In this document: piece by piece, positions 31,349 through 41,097 of the stretch
Numbering within the stretch: the first letter of the stretch is position 1
Layout: every line of letters starts with the position of its first letter
Source: Methanomicrobia archaeon
GTDB lineage: Archaea > Methanobacteriota_B > Thermococci > Methanofastidiosales > NM3
DNA length: 64,000 nt
Direction of reading: 5' to 3'
Assembly: GCA_030603445.1 (NCBI GenBank)
Contig: JAUVXU010000008.1
Span: forward strand, 16,770-80,769
Translations under genes and position numbers: made by a program
The notes under the pieces: model-generated
Seen by the model: only the letters and a program-made list of their open reading frames with translations
Database searches by the model: none
Told to the model about the DNA's origin: nothing

Positions 31349-32350
31349 ATGAAAGCAGCTATTTGTACAAAATATGGCCCCCCAGATGTTCTTCAGCTTA
31401 AAGAAATAGAAAAACCTATTCCTAGGGACAATGAAATACTGGTAAAAGTATATGCAACAACAGTAACGGCAGGGGACGTGAGACTTCGAAGTTCCACATT
31501 TCCTCCCTTGTTCTGGCTCCCCGCGCGAATAATGTTTGGTCTCAGAAAACCAAAAAGACCCATATTAGGGATGGAGCTATCCGGGGAAATTGAAATAGTA
31601 GGCAAGGACGTAAAACGATTTAAGAAAGGTGACCAAGTTTTTGGAACCACCACAGGATTGAGTTCTGGTTCTTATGCCGAGTATATTTGTATACCTGAAG
31701 AACCTTTATCCGCAGGTATGTTTGGAGCTAATGTGGTAACACTAAAACCGACTAATATGGACTATGAGGAAGCTGCCGCCGTTCCTATTGGAGGGCTTAC
31801 AGCACTGCATTTTCTTAGAAAAGGAGATATCCAAAGCGGACAAAAAATTCTTATCTATGGGGCTTCGGGAAGTGTAGGCACTTTTGCGGTACAGCTTGCC
31901 AAGTACTTTGGAGCAGAAGTTACCGGGGTATGCAGTACCGCAAATTTAGAATTAGTGAAATCTCTGGGAGCCGATAAGGTGATTGATTACACTAAAGAGG
32001 ATTTTAACAAAAGCGGCGAGACCTATGATGTTATTTTTGACACGGTAGGTAAGAGTTCGTTTTCAGATTGTAAAAGATCGCTAAAGAAAAATGGGTTCAT
32101 TCTTTTAACCACCCCGAGGCTGTCATATATTGTTCAAGGCCTTTGGTCTTCAATGAAAGTAATAACAGGGGGAGCATCCGAAAAGCCCGAAGATTTAAAC
32201 TTCCTCAAAGAGCTTATTGAAGCGGGAAAGATAAAATCAGCCATAGATAGACGCCATCCGTTGGAACAAATTGTCGAGGCTCACCGGTATGTTGACAAAG
32301 GACACAAAAAAGGAAATGTAGTAATCACTGTGGGACATAATAACAAATAA
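31349..32350 (+). CDS. NAD(P)-dependent MDR oxidoreductase (quinone-reductase/alcohol dehydrogenase-like)
   Basis: [32 protein letters not shown]. Confidence 0.92.
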   Translation: MKAAICTKYGPPDVLQLKEIEKPIPRDNEILVKVYATTVTAGDVRLRSSTFPPLFWLPARIMFGLRKPKRPILGMELSGEIEIVGKDVKRFKKGDQVFGTTTGLSSGSYAEYICIPEEPLSAGMFGANVVTLKPTNMDYEEAAAVPIGGLTALHFLRKGDIQSGQKILIYGASGSVGTFAVQLAKYFGAEVTGVCSTANLELVKSLGADKVIDYTKEDFNKSGETYDVIFDTVGKSSFSDCKRSLKKNGFILLTTPRLSYIVQGLWSSMKVITGGASEKPEDLNFLKELIEAGKIKSAIDRRHPLEQIVEAHRYVDKGHKKGNVVITVGHNNK

Positions 32351-32362
32351 ATAATAAAAAGG

Positions 32363-32818
32363 ATGGGAACAAAAGTGAAAACGTTAATAATATGTAAATC
32401 CATACATAACGGGAACACAGAAAGAATTGCTAAAAAGATGGCTAAAATATTGAATGCTGATTTGATAGAACCTGAAGAATTAAACAATATTATGGAATAT
32501 GATCTAATAGGTTTTGGTTCTGGCATTTATAATTCTAAACATCATCAATCTCTATTAGATCTAGCAGATAAATTACCAGACTTCAAAGAGAAAAAAGTTT
32601 TTGTTTTTTCAACATCAGGTGTAATACAAAAGCGATTTCACAGAAGTTTAAAGGGAAAACTAGAGGAAAAAAATGCGGTAATAGTTGATGAATTCTTTTG
32701 TAAAGGGTTTAATAAAAACAGTGTGTTGAAATATATTGGTGGAATGAATAAAGGGAGACCTAATGAAGATGATCTCAAAAAAGCAGAGGATTTCGCAAAG
32801 AAAATGAAAGAGAAATGA
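32363..32818 (+). CDS. Flavodoxin family protein
   Basis: SIHNGNTERIA, GFGSGIY, FSTSG, GRPNEDDL. Confidence 0.9.
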   Translation: MGTKVKTLIICKSIHNGNTERIAKKMAKILNADLIEPEELNNIMEYDLIGFGSGIYNSKHHQSLLDLADKLPDFKEKKVFVFSTSGVIQKRFHRSLKGKLEEKNAVIVDEFFCKGFNKNSVLKYIGGMNKGRPNEDDLKKAEDFAKKMKEK

Positions 32819-33004
32819 TATACTAATTTTTGAAATTAATTTCTAATCTTAAATAAATGAAAGTCAATTGCCACAATAGGAATTCCTCCTTCACTTTCTA
32901 GTAAAATCTTTCCAGCATGACCCGTTTAATGCAATAGCATTAAGCAAATGAGTTTACTCTCTCTTGGCCTCTTTTGTCGCTGGTAAATTAATGGCGCTAC
33001 GAAC

Positions 33005-33089
33005 GGTTAACACCAGGATTATGAGGGATCTGCGAAACAAACTTGAGTGAGAGAGTACAACGAATCGGGCCTCATAAGCCGTGTTATAT
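33005..33089 (-). repeat. attC-like recombination site 1
   Basis: Minus strand: ATATAAC-ACGG-CTTATGAG...CTCATAAT-CCTGGT-GTTAACC; 85 bp imperfect hairpin. Confidence 0.7.
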
Positions 33090-33170
33090 GAAGTGAACGA
33101 AGCGCGAGGAATAAGAGTGCAGTATCCCGGGGCGACTGAAATGAACGAAAGCGTTGGACTGGGAGCAAAT

Positions 33171-33695
33171 TTAGGTTTCTGCAATCCCATTATATTTTTT
33201 AACCAATTCTTTGTAGAGGACTTCATCTTTTATTACGTCTCTAGAATTTTCAATGAAATACTTCAATTTTTCAAACAGCCATTTTGATAATTCTTTTGTT
33301 GAAGCAAGATGATAATAATCAATATTATCAAAAAAATCAGCAGTTTTAATGATTAAAGCATCTTTTCCAGCTTTGCGACAACGCATGAAATTCTCTTTGT
33401 ATCTTTCAGTTTTATCCTTAATACTTTCGTCAAAGCTATTTGCTTCAACTAACTTAGCAATTTTACTGCCGAATTTTGATTTAACTTCCTCAATTTTTGT
33501 GTCAGTATCCTCAACCACATCATGCAAAATAGCTGCGACCACAATGTCTTCATCATATCCTAAATTATAAAGATGAAGTCCGATTCTAATACTATGCAAA
33601 ATTACTGGCTTAGGATTTTTCCCAGATTCATGGATTGTAAAAACTAGAAACTTTATTGCTTCTTCAATTTGTTTATCAACTTCAGGACTTTTCAC
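33171..33695 (-). CDS. HD-domain protein (small alarmone hydrolase/Mesh1-like), cassette gene
   Basis: PVILHS, AAILHDVVEDT, IKTADFFDN; lies between attC-like sites. Confidence 0.8.
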   Translation of the reverse strand: MKSPEVDKQIEEAIKFLVFTIHESGKNPKPVILHSIRIGLHLYNLGYDEDIVVAAILHDVVEDTDTKIEEVKSKFGSKIAKLVEANSFDESIKDKTERYKENFMRCRKAGKDALIIKTADFFDNIDYYHLASTKELSKWLFEKLKYFIENSRDVIKDEVLYKELVKKYNGIAET

Positions 33696-33746
33696 AAGTA
33701 TTAGATAAATTGATAGGTATTATAAAAATTGTTCTAGTCCAATACC

Positions 33747-33834
33747 GTATAACATCAAGATTATGAGAAATTTACACAGCAAATTTGAGTGGAACGAGAT
33801 GCAACCGAGCGTAACGACATAATCCTTGTTAAGT
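33747..33834 (-). repeat. attC-like recombination site 2
   Basis: Minus strand: ACTTAAC-AAGG-ATTATG...CATAAT-CTTGAT-GTTATAC; 88 bp. Confidence 0.75.
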
Positions 33835-33894
33835 GAGGCGAAGCTAGAGTGCAACGTCCCGAAGGGCTGGCGAGAGTTTAAAAAAATAAAATCG

Positions 33895-34284
33895 CTACTC
33901 TTTTAGTTCAGAGAAAACCAAAATATACCCATTGAGATCTCTTACGGCAAACTCTTTTGCCCCGTAAAATGTCTCTCTCATATCTCTGACAATTTCAACT
34001 TTCTCTTTAACAGAATCATACAAGGATTGCACATCTTCTACTTCGATATAAAACGTTAAGCTTGCGCCAATTTTCTTTCCCTTGAGAACAGGCATCTCTT
34101 TGACCAAGCTTTCTTCTTTCTGAAAGAAAATTTGTACACCATCTGCTTTCACAACAGCCCAGTCAAGTGGTTCATCAAGAGAATCCCCCTTGTTTGCAAA
34201 CTTAAAGTTGAAAATGTCTTTATACCATTTTACGGTTGCATTTACATCGGCGACCATAATATTTGGCGTGAGTGTTTTGTACAT
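33895..34284 (-). CDS. VOC/glyoxalase-bleomycin-resistance family protein, cassette gene
   Basis: LTPNIMVADV..TV.WY, FYIEVEDV, ETFYGAKEFAVRDLNGY. Confidence 0.88.
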   Translation of the reverse strand: MYKTLTPNIMVADVNATVKWYKDIFNFKFANKGDSLDEPLDWAVVKADGVQIFFQKEESLVKEMPVLKGKKIGASLTFYIEVEDVQSLYDSVKEKVEIVRDMRETFYGAKEFAVRDLNGYILVFSELKE

Positions 34285-34336
34285 ATTATTTAGTTAATAC
34301 CTTAAATATAATAAATGTTTTGTTTTTTTAAATTTC

Positions 34337-34426
34337 ACTTAACATCACGATTAAAAGAAGTTCGGCGCAACCAAATTTGGATGAAGAAACCTACAAGTTT
34401 TCGGAATCTTTTAATCGCTGTTAAGC
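34337..34426 (-). repeat. attC-like recombination site 3
   Basis: Minus strand: GCTTAAC-AGCG-ATTAAAAGA...TCTTTTAAT-CGTGAT-GTTAAGT; matches RYYYAAC/GTTRRRY; 90 bp. Confidence 0.75.
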
Positions 34427-34768
34427 TCTCCACAGGATTGAATTTTAGTGCAACGTTCCGTAGCGAAGCGGAGGAAAAATTCAAAGTAAATTTGAAGTCC
34501 GTTCCTTTCAAAGAGCTTTATCGATACATCAAGAACAAGAATCAAAGGGTAGTTTTCTTATAATTATCTTCTATATCATAAAAAAAAATCCCGATTTTTT
34601 CAGGAGTTGTTTTTATTTTTGTTGAAGATTTGATTATGTACTTATAACCCTAACTACGCTCTTTTTATCTCCTATAAGCATTGAATCATTTTTTGTTGCC
34701 ATCAAAAAAAGTATGCCATCAGTAAGGTATATATATGAATAAAATTTACATATTTAAGAGGTGTACTA

Positions 34769-35689
34769 ATGAAAAAAGCACTATTTTTAAGTTTACTTAT
34801 CATAGCACCATTACTTACATTATCAGGATGTATTAGTGGTGACGAGAATATAGATGCCTGGAATGACCAGATAGGAACTATCAATTCGTATATAGATACG
34901 GCCAATTCCATGCAAGGCGAGATAAATGATGCTCTAGACCAAGGACATTACGACCTTGCGATTAGCAAGATAAATGATGCGATCTCAAAATATCAGACCG
35001 CCCTAAACGAGATAATAAAACTAGAGCCCATAGCCCAAGACCTTGACAAGGATTTCCTTGATGATTATGTTGATGTGTGGCAGCTCCAAACAAACAAAGT
35101 TATAGAGAGCATTGAACATCTTAAAAAAATGGTATATACTGAACAATTTAGCATTGAACTTGATAATCTTATCCTTATCTTTAGTGGTGCCGACCAGCAG
35201 TACGTTGATGCAGTAGGATACTTCAATAATAGCAATTATGCTGCATGCGTATCTACAGCTGAACTTGCAAAACAAAAGTACAATATGATGGCAGGATATG
35301 CAGACAAGATGTCGGAGTTATCCCAACTACTCAATGTTGATCATGTGAAGCAATATGCATCATATTGTGTATCAATGATTGAGAATGCAGACATATCATT
35401 AGACAATCTTATGCTAAGTGCAAATGCCGCCTACGTCTCTGATTGGGACAATGCAAACTATTACCTTGGATTACAAAATACATATAACTCTGCTTACAAT
35501 GCAGATTACGATAAAATAATTGGAATCGAGAATACGTATCCTGAAGACTTCCCTGCACAAGGTAAAGCATTGCAATCTCTTTACAATATGTATTTTTCAA
35601 AGAAAGAACAGGCAGAACAGGCAGCTACAAGTTACACAAACACTATGAATAATATAGAAGAAGAGAATTCTGACTTCTTTGAGGAATAA
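34769..35689 (+). CDS. Hypothetical helical lipoprotein
   Basis: GAGGTG SD; signal peptide ending LSGC; acidic and alpha-helical. Confidence 0.75.
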   Translation: MKKALFLSLLIIAPLLTLSGCISGDENIDAWNDQIGTINSYIDTANSMQGEINDALDQGHYDLAISKINDAISKYQTALNEIIKLEPIAQDLDKDFLDDYVDVWQLQTNKVIESIEHLKKMVYTEQFSIELDNLILIFSGADQQYVDAVGYFNNSNYAACVSTAELAKQKYNMMAGYADKMSELSQLLNVDHVKQYASYCVSMIENADISLDNLMLSANAAYVSDWDNANYYLGLQNTYNSAYNADYDKIIGIENTYPEDFPAQGKALQSLYNMYFSKKEQAEQAATSYTNTMNNIEEENSDFFEE

Positions 35690-35757
35690 TACTCCTCTTT
35701 TTTCCTTATTTTTAATAATTTAAAAAATTGCCCTTATTTTAAATATTTACAAAATAG

Positions 35758-35831
35758 TGGGCCTAAGGGGATTTGAACCCCTGACCGCCCGGTTATGAGC
35801 CGGGAGCTCCACCAAACTAAGCTATAGGCCC
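35758..35831 (-). tRNA. tRNA-Ile2 (CAT; agmatidine-type by inference)
   Basis: GGGCCTA/TAGGCCC acceptor, CCCGG-CT-CAT-AA-CCGGG, TTCAAAT loop. The Ile-like GGGCC acceptor argues against Met. Confidence 0.8.
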
Positions 35832-35933
35832 AAATAATAGCGTGAATCATTCTTGCATATAGGATATAAAAGGCTTTCGGACAAGGAAAAAACAAGGAAA
35901 CCAAAGCCATATATCATCAAAAAAAAACGTGCA

Positions 35934-36009
35934 TGGCGCCGTCAGCAGGACTCGAACCTGCGACCATCCGCTTAACAGGCGGGCGCTCTACCAACTGAGC
36001 TATGACGGC
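35934..36009 (-). tRNA. tRNA-Asn (GTT)
   Basis: GCCGTCA/TGACGGC acceptor, CT-GTT-AA loop, TTCGAGT, encoded CCA. Confidence 0.95.
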
Positions 36010-36179
36010 ATAAATAAGAAAACAATTTTTTTAATTTAAAAAGTTTTCGTAGGTGTTGCTATTTTATTTTATTTAATAATATTTTCGCTTCCACCTAACT
36101 GTGTTTAGGGTATTTCTTAAAAAAACTTTCATTATTTTCAATAGTCAAATATTTAAAAGAGAAATATCCAAAAATAATC

Positions 36180-37409
36180 ATGTTAATTAAATTCAAACCT
36201 GAAGAATTCAGGGTTGAAGAAGTAAGCACTACTCGTCACGAAAAAAACGACTGTACAATCTTCACAGTTGAAAAAACAAACTGGGACACTACACTACTTG
36301 TAAAAGAGATTGCGAAAAGAGCTGGTGTTTCACAAAAAAGGGTAGGATATGCAGGACTAAAAGATAAAACAGCGCATTCGACCCAGAAGATGTCAATATA
36401 TGGAATTGGTGAAGATGTACTACGCTTGATAAAAATCCCAAATGTTCTATTATGTGAGTTCGAAAAAGGAGACCGAATTCAAATTGGTGACCTTAAAGGT
36501 AACCAATTTTCAGTTGTGGTCCGAGACATCAATATGGATAAATCCTCAATAGAATCCGCCATAAAGCGCTCCAATGAAAGATTCAACGCATATTATGGTT
36601 TCATAAATTACTTCGGCTACCAAAGATTCGGTATTCAGCGCCCAGTAACAGCAGAAGTTGGAAAATATATTGTTAAGAAAGACTATGAACAAGCCGCCAT
36701 GACGTACCTGGCCAAACCATACCCTCTTGACCCCAACAAAGAATTGCGACAAGAGCTTCTCAATGATTATGATTTTAAGAAGGCATATGAAACATTTCCT
36801 CCCTCTCTTAAATATGAGAGATCAATGTTATTTATGCTAGCCAACGAAGGAAAAGATTTCAAGCAGTGTTTCAATGCGCTTCCTGAGCGCCTCCAAACAC
36901 TTTTCGTGCATGCGTACCAAGCTGAAATATTTAACAGAATAGTTAAAAAAAGAATAAAAGACATACCTCCAAATGAGGCAGAAATCGGCGATATCATCAT
37001 GATAGATAAATTTGAGAAAAACGCTATTACCAAAGTTAACGCTTTTAACTTTAGCAAAGTTCAAAAAATGTTAAAGGAAAACGTATCTGTAGCAGTCCCA
37101 TTGGTAGGATCAAAAACAAAAATTCCTTGTTCTCGTATAGGGGAGATAACAAAAGAAGTAATGGATTTCGAAAATATTACATTTGAAGATTTTCATGATC
37201 CAGACTCCAAAACATTCTCATCTGCAGGTTTTTATAGAGGAATGCTGGGAAGATTTTCAAATCTTTGTTACGAAATATCAGAAGATGAACAATTTGGGGC
37301 AAATAAATGCATTTTTTCATTCTATCTTCAGAAAGGCCAATATGCAACAGTGTTCTTGCAACAGATATTTGATGAAGAAATCATCCCATATAGGAGCATA
37401 ACGTTATGA
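36180..37409 (+). CDS. truD: tRNA pseudouridine(13) synthase TruD
   Basis: PEEFRVEE, YAGLKDK, LKGNQF, NYFGYQRFG, KGQYAT. Confidence 0.95.
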   Translation: MLIKFKPEEFRVEEVSTTRHEKNDCTIFTVEKTNWDTTLLVKEIAKRAGVSQKRVGYAGLKDKTAHSTQKMSIYGIGEDVLRLIKIPNVLLCEFEKGDRIQIGDLKGNQFSVVVRDINMDKSSIESAIKRSNERFNAYYGFINYFGYQRFGIQRPVTAEVGKYIVKKDYEQAAMTYLAKPYPLDPNKELRQELLNDYDFKKAYETFPPSLKYERSMLFMLANEGKDFKQCFNALPERLQTLFVHAYQAEIFNRIVKKRIKDIPPNEAEIGDIIMIDKFEKNAITKVNAFNFSKVQKMLKENVSVAVPLVGSKTKIPCSRIGEITKEVMDFENITFEDFHDPDSKTFSSAGFYRGMLGRFSNLCYEISEDEQFGANKCIFSFYLQKGQYATVFLQQIFDEEIIPYRSITL

Positions 37410-38293
37410 ACTACTTACCTTTTCTCATATTAATATTATTTTTATCAATAACATATATAGCGGGAAATTATCTTTGGTTAAAGATAATACACAAAGATAC
37501 ATATTACTTCAATTTACTATATTGTGGATTTGCAACAATATGCCTGATAATAGCATTAACATTAGTAACGCTTACACCTGAAGCAGGAGACATGTTCAAA
37601 CAGCGCCTTATTATAGATTGTATCCAAAGCGCTATTGCAATAATGCTCTTAATCATGCTGCATAAGAAAGTTGTGTGGAAAGACCTACTACGCCAAATAA
37701 ATAAAGATAGACAATTCATATTAATAACAACAATATTTCTATTAGTTGGCATACTTCTTGGATTTGTTATACAAGAACAAGTGCTTGAATTTGTGGAACA
37801 ACCATTTGAAAGCCTTGAAGAACTTGCAAATTTGGCAGAAGGAAAACCATTTTGGGAAATTAGTATCCTCCTTTTTGGAAACAACTCTAGAGCTGCAATA
37901 AATATGAGCCTTGTTTTTCCCTTGATCCCGGTTATAGGTGGAATATACGTAATATTTTCTATGTTACTTAACGGCGCCATTATCGGGATTATTGGAGGAA
38001 TAATAGACAAACCCGCCCTTTATCTTATTGTTGGCCTTATGCCACACGGGATATTTGAGATACCTGCAATCATACTTGCAGCAAGTATTGGTTTAAAACT
38101 AAGTATTTTTTTATCAAAAGGTATTATTAGAGCGATTCAAGATAAGGAAAGAAACGCTACATCAATTCTTATCGAGCATCTGCGTTATGGCACAGAATCT
38201 TTTAAAGTCTTATATATTGTTATCTTATTATTGATCATAGCCGCCATTTTAGAATCCACCATCACCCCTGCACTCCTTGCATATTTAGATTAA
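37406..38293 (+). CDS. SpoIIM-family membrane protein
   Basis: Multi-TM; NNSR, LLNG, PHGIFEIPAI, AAILES. Confidence 0.85.
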   Translation: MNYLPFLILILFLSITYIAGNYLWLKIIHKDTYYFNLLYCGFATICLIIALTLVTLTPEAGDMFKQRLIIDCIQSAIAIMLLIMLHKKVVWKDLLRQINKDRQFILITTIFLLVGILLGFVIQEQVLEFVEQPFESLEELANLAEGKPFWEISILLFGNNSRAAINMSLVFPLIPVIGGIYVIFSMLLNGAIIGIIGGIIDKPALYLIVGLMPHGIFEIPAIILAASIGLKLSIFLSKGIIRAIQDKERNATSILIEHLRYGTESFKVLYIVILLLIIAAILESTITPALLAYLD

Positions 38294-38561
38294 TAAAAGG
38301 GGAAAACATTAAATTTGAAACTGTTAATTAATCCATATAAAGAAAAATAATATACAAAAACCATAAATCTTAAATACAAGCCATATAAAAAGAGAATAAA
38401 CAGAATATAGTTCGATATATTAAAACACAAAATATATAAATAAAACATTAATAAAGCTAAATTACCAAGTTAACATGACGAACTACATTGTGCTTTTGAA
38501 TGTTTAAAACGTATGATTTTGTCTACAAGAAAATAAGCATCAGAAACACAAAGGTGAGAGT

Positions 38562-40061
38562 ATGAAAGAAATAAAAAAAACAAAATCTATATGCCCCGAA
38601 TGTTTTCAAGTTATTGATGCAACGCTCTATGAAAAAAACGGGAAAATAATAATGGAAAAAGAGTGTAGCGAACATGGTCATTTTAGCGATATTGTCTGGT
38701 CTGATGCAAAATATTACCACTGGGCAGAATCGTATATGCATGATGGAACAGGTTTATCTAATCCACAAACAAAAGGAGATGATAACTGCCCATATGCATG
38801 TGGCATATGCAACAATCACCTTACATCCACATTACTTGCAAATATTGATATAACAAACAGATGCAATATGCACTGCCCAATTTGTTTTGCAAATGCAGCT
38901 GCTGCAGGATATGTATTAGAACCATCAAAAAGCGAGATAACAACTATTTTAGAAAATCTGGTAAATGAGAAACCAGTACGTTGCTGGGGAGTTCAATTCT
39001 CTGGGGGAGAGCCTACAATACGAGACGATTTTCCAGAAATAATTGCTGAGGCAAAACGTCTAGGCTTTACACAAATTCAAATTGCAACAAATGGCAAGAG
39101 ATTTTCAAAAGACCCAGAATTTGCCAAAAAAGTTCTAGATTCCGGAGTAAACACAGTATACTTACAATTCGATGGCATTAATGAAGCCCCATATATTGCA
39201 GCTAGAGGGTACAACGCACTTCCAGAAAAATTGAAGGCAATTAAGAACATGCGTGACGTGGGATATACTTCTGTGGTGTTAGTTCCGACACTTGTAAAAG
39301 GAGTAAATGATGATCAAGTGGGAGATATTGTTCGCTTCGCAATGGACAATGGAGACATTATAAAAGGCGTGAACTTTCAACCAGTTTCTTTTTCAGGAAG
39401 AATCGACAAAGAAGAATTAGAGAAGAAGCGTATCACGATTCCAGATCTTGGCAATCTTCTGGAAGAACAGACAAAAGGACAAATAGGGAAAAAGGACCTA
39501 TATCCTGTACCCAGCGTCTCAGTTGTTTCGGACATTATTGCTAAATGGAAACAAACACCCCAAGTAAGCCTTACATGCCATGCACACTGTGGTGTTGGTA
39601 CTTATCTGTTCAAAAATAATGGAGATATAATCCCAATTACACGATTTGTCGATGTTGATGGCTTGTTCAGTCTTTTAAAAGAAGTAAATGATGATATGGG
39701 AAATGGCGGGAAAATCGCAAAAGTAAAAGCTGTCACGAAGTTAAGCCGAGAAATACCTAAACTAATAGACAACTCGAAAGCACCAGATGGCCTCAATCTT
39801 AGAAACCTGCTGCTAAATATTATAACAAACGGCACAGTAGAGGATACTGCTGCTTTCCACAACAATACTTTGTTCCTTGGAGCTATGCACTTTATGGACC
39901 CATATAACTTTGACTTAGAACGTGTGTGTCGTTGTGGGATCCATTACGGCCTTCTTGATGGACGTGTTATACCATTTTGTACGTACAATACTTTGCATAG
40001 AGAAAAATTCGAAAAGAAGTATGGCATACCTCTTTCTGAATGGAAAAAACACAATAAATAA
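38562..40061 (+). CDS. tes: Radical SAM tetraether lipid synthase (Tes/GDGT-MAS family)
   Basis: N-terminal CPEC...C.EHG; CPYACGIC; CNMHCPIC radical SAM motif; C-terminal CHAHC, RCGIHY, IPFC. Confidence 0.85.
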   Translation: MKEIKKTKSICPECFQVIDATLYEKNGKIIMEKECSEHGHFSDIVWSDAKYYHWAESYMHDGTGLSNPQTKGDDNCPYACGICNNHLTSTLLANIDITNRCNMHCPICFANAAAAGYVLEPSKSEITTILENLVNEKPVRCWGVQFSGGEPTIRDDFPEIIAEAKRLGFTQIQIATNGKRFSKDPEFAKKVLDSGVNTVYLQFDGINEAPYIAARGYNALPEKLKAIKNMRDVGYTSVVLVPTLVKGVNDDQVGDIVRFAMDNGDIIKGVNFQPVSFSGRIDKEELEKKRITIPDLGNLLEEQTKGQIGKKDLYPVPSVSVVSDIIAKWKQTPQVSLTCHAHCGVGTYLFKNNGDIIPITRFVDVDGLFSLLKEVNDDMGNGGKIAKVKAVTKLSREIPKLIDNSKAPDGLNLRNLLLNIITNGTVEDTAAFHNNTLFLGAMHFMDPYNFDLERVCRCGIHYGLLDGRVIPFCTYNTLHREKFEKKYGIPLSEWKKHNK

Positions 40062-40161
40062 TCGTGGAGTAATCATTACTTCCCCATATTTTTTTAATAT
40101 TGACAAATAAAGGAACGAAACATTTATAATCATGGATAGATTATCCATCCATGGTGATACT

Positions 40162-40554
40162 TTGGAAAAAAGAAACATGATGATGGCCGCCATAGTCGCT
40201 TTTGTTGTAATAGTCTCTATTGTAGGAACATATAATTACACTCAAAGGGACTCGGATAAAGCAACAGTAACGCTAATTATAGATTTCAACGGGTTTGGAG
40301 AAAACGTAACATATGAAAACGTCAAGATGCCAGAAAGTTCCACAGTGCTTGATTTGCTCAATAATAAGACGGACCTACAAACTGAAGATACGTCATTTGG
40401 AAAGATGGTAGTATCGATTAATGATGTAGCGCAAGATGCAGACAGTAACTTGTGGTGGACATACACCATAAACGATGAGTACGCTGCAGCTGGGGCAGAA
40501 GTACAGTTGCTCAACGATGGGGACATCATAAAATGGACTCTGAGTCAGTTCTAA
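40162..40554 (+). CDS. DUF4430 (transcobalamin C-terminal-like) membrane-anchored protein
   Basis: N-terminal TM; TVLDLL, FGKMVVSIND, WWTYTIN, GA...L.DGD.I.W. TTG start 3 nt after GGTGAT. Confidence 0.8.
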   Translation: MEKRNMMMAAIVAFVVIVSIVGTYNYTQRDSDKATVTLIIDFNGFGENVTYENVKMPESSTVLDLLNNKTDLQTEDTSFGKMVVSINDVAQDADSNLWWTYTINDEYAAAGAEVQLLNDGDIIKWTLSQF

Positions 40555-41084
40555 AATATAATGGTAGCAAAAAAATTGTACTGCTCTCAATATTCGTGGC
40601 ATTGGGGGCAGTCTTTAAAGTATTCCTAGCAGTGATACCAAACGTAGAACTGGTAACTTTTTGGGTATTTGTAGTAACAATGGTCTACGGGGTAAAAATG
40701 GGATTCCTTACAGGATTTCTCTCAAATATCCTAGCTGATACGTATATCGGCGCAGGACCGTGGACCCCTTTTATTTCTCTTGCCTTTGGAATTGTAGCAA
40801 TAATAACCCACTTTTATGCAAAAGCAGGATTTAACTCTAAAAAAGATTATATTTATTGTGGCATCCTTGTAACAGTAGTTTTCGATCTTTTTACAGTAGT
40901 AACAACAACGTGGCTAATACTCGGCGTCCCACTCCCTGTAGCACTATATATGCAATATGGCATAATGCCGCCCCTATTCTATCCTTTTGGTATTGTGCAT
41001 ACTGTCTCCAATGCCGCAATATTCTCAATTGCCAGTGTGAAGATTATAAGTGTGCTAAAAACGAATTCCAGCATTTTTTATTAA
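40533..41084 (+). CDS. ECF transporter S component (CbrT-like, probably cobalamin)
   Basis: About 6 TMs; IPNVE motif, GAGPWT, HTVSN; paired with the DUF4430 gene. Confidence 0.75.
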   Translation: MDSESVLKYNGSKKIVLLSIFVALGAVFKVFLAVIPNVELVTFWVFVVTMVYGVKMGFLTGFLSNILADTYIGAGPWTPFISLAFGIVAIITHFYAKAGFNSKKDYIYCGILVTVVFDLFTVVTTTWLILGVPLPVALYMQYGIMPPLFYPFGIVHTVSNAAIFSIASVKIISVLKTNSSIFY

Positions 41085-41097
41085 ATAATACATAACA

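Larger units (their letters stand above)
33005..34426 (-). mobile_element. Integron-type gene cassette array without an integrase in the window (CALIN-like)
   Basis: Three homologous, same-orientation attC-like sites, with one co-oriented gene between each pair. Confidence 0.7.

Noticed and set aside
33005-34426. CRISPR or MITE interpretation of the three repeats
   Set aside because: Spacing is gene-sized, the repeats are divergent 85-90 bp hairpins, and there are no cas genes or target-site duplications.
32954-34563. Short ORFs 32954-33226, 33081-33287 and 34315-34563
   Set aside because: They run through the attC-like repeats or overlap the HD gene and have no protein motifs.
35758-35831. 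tRNA-Met call for the CAT tRNA
   Set aside because: It lacks the initiator A1-U72 pair, and the GGGCC acceptor matches archaeal Ile tRNAs.
40561-40580. ATG plus A7 run suggesting a frameshifted start for the ECF S gene
   Set aside because: The in-frame ATG at 40533 already gives an intact ORF.
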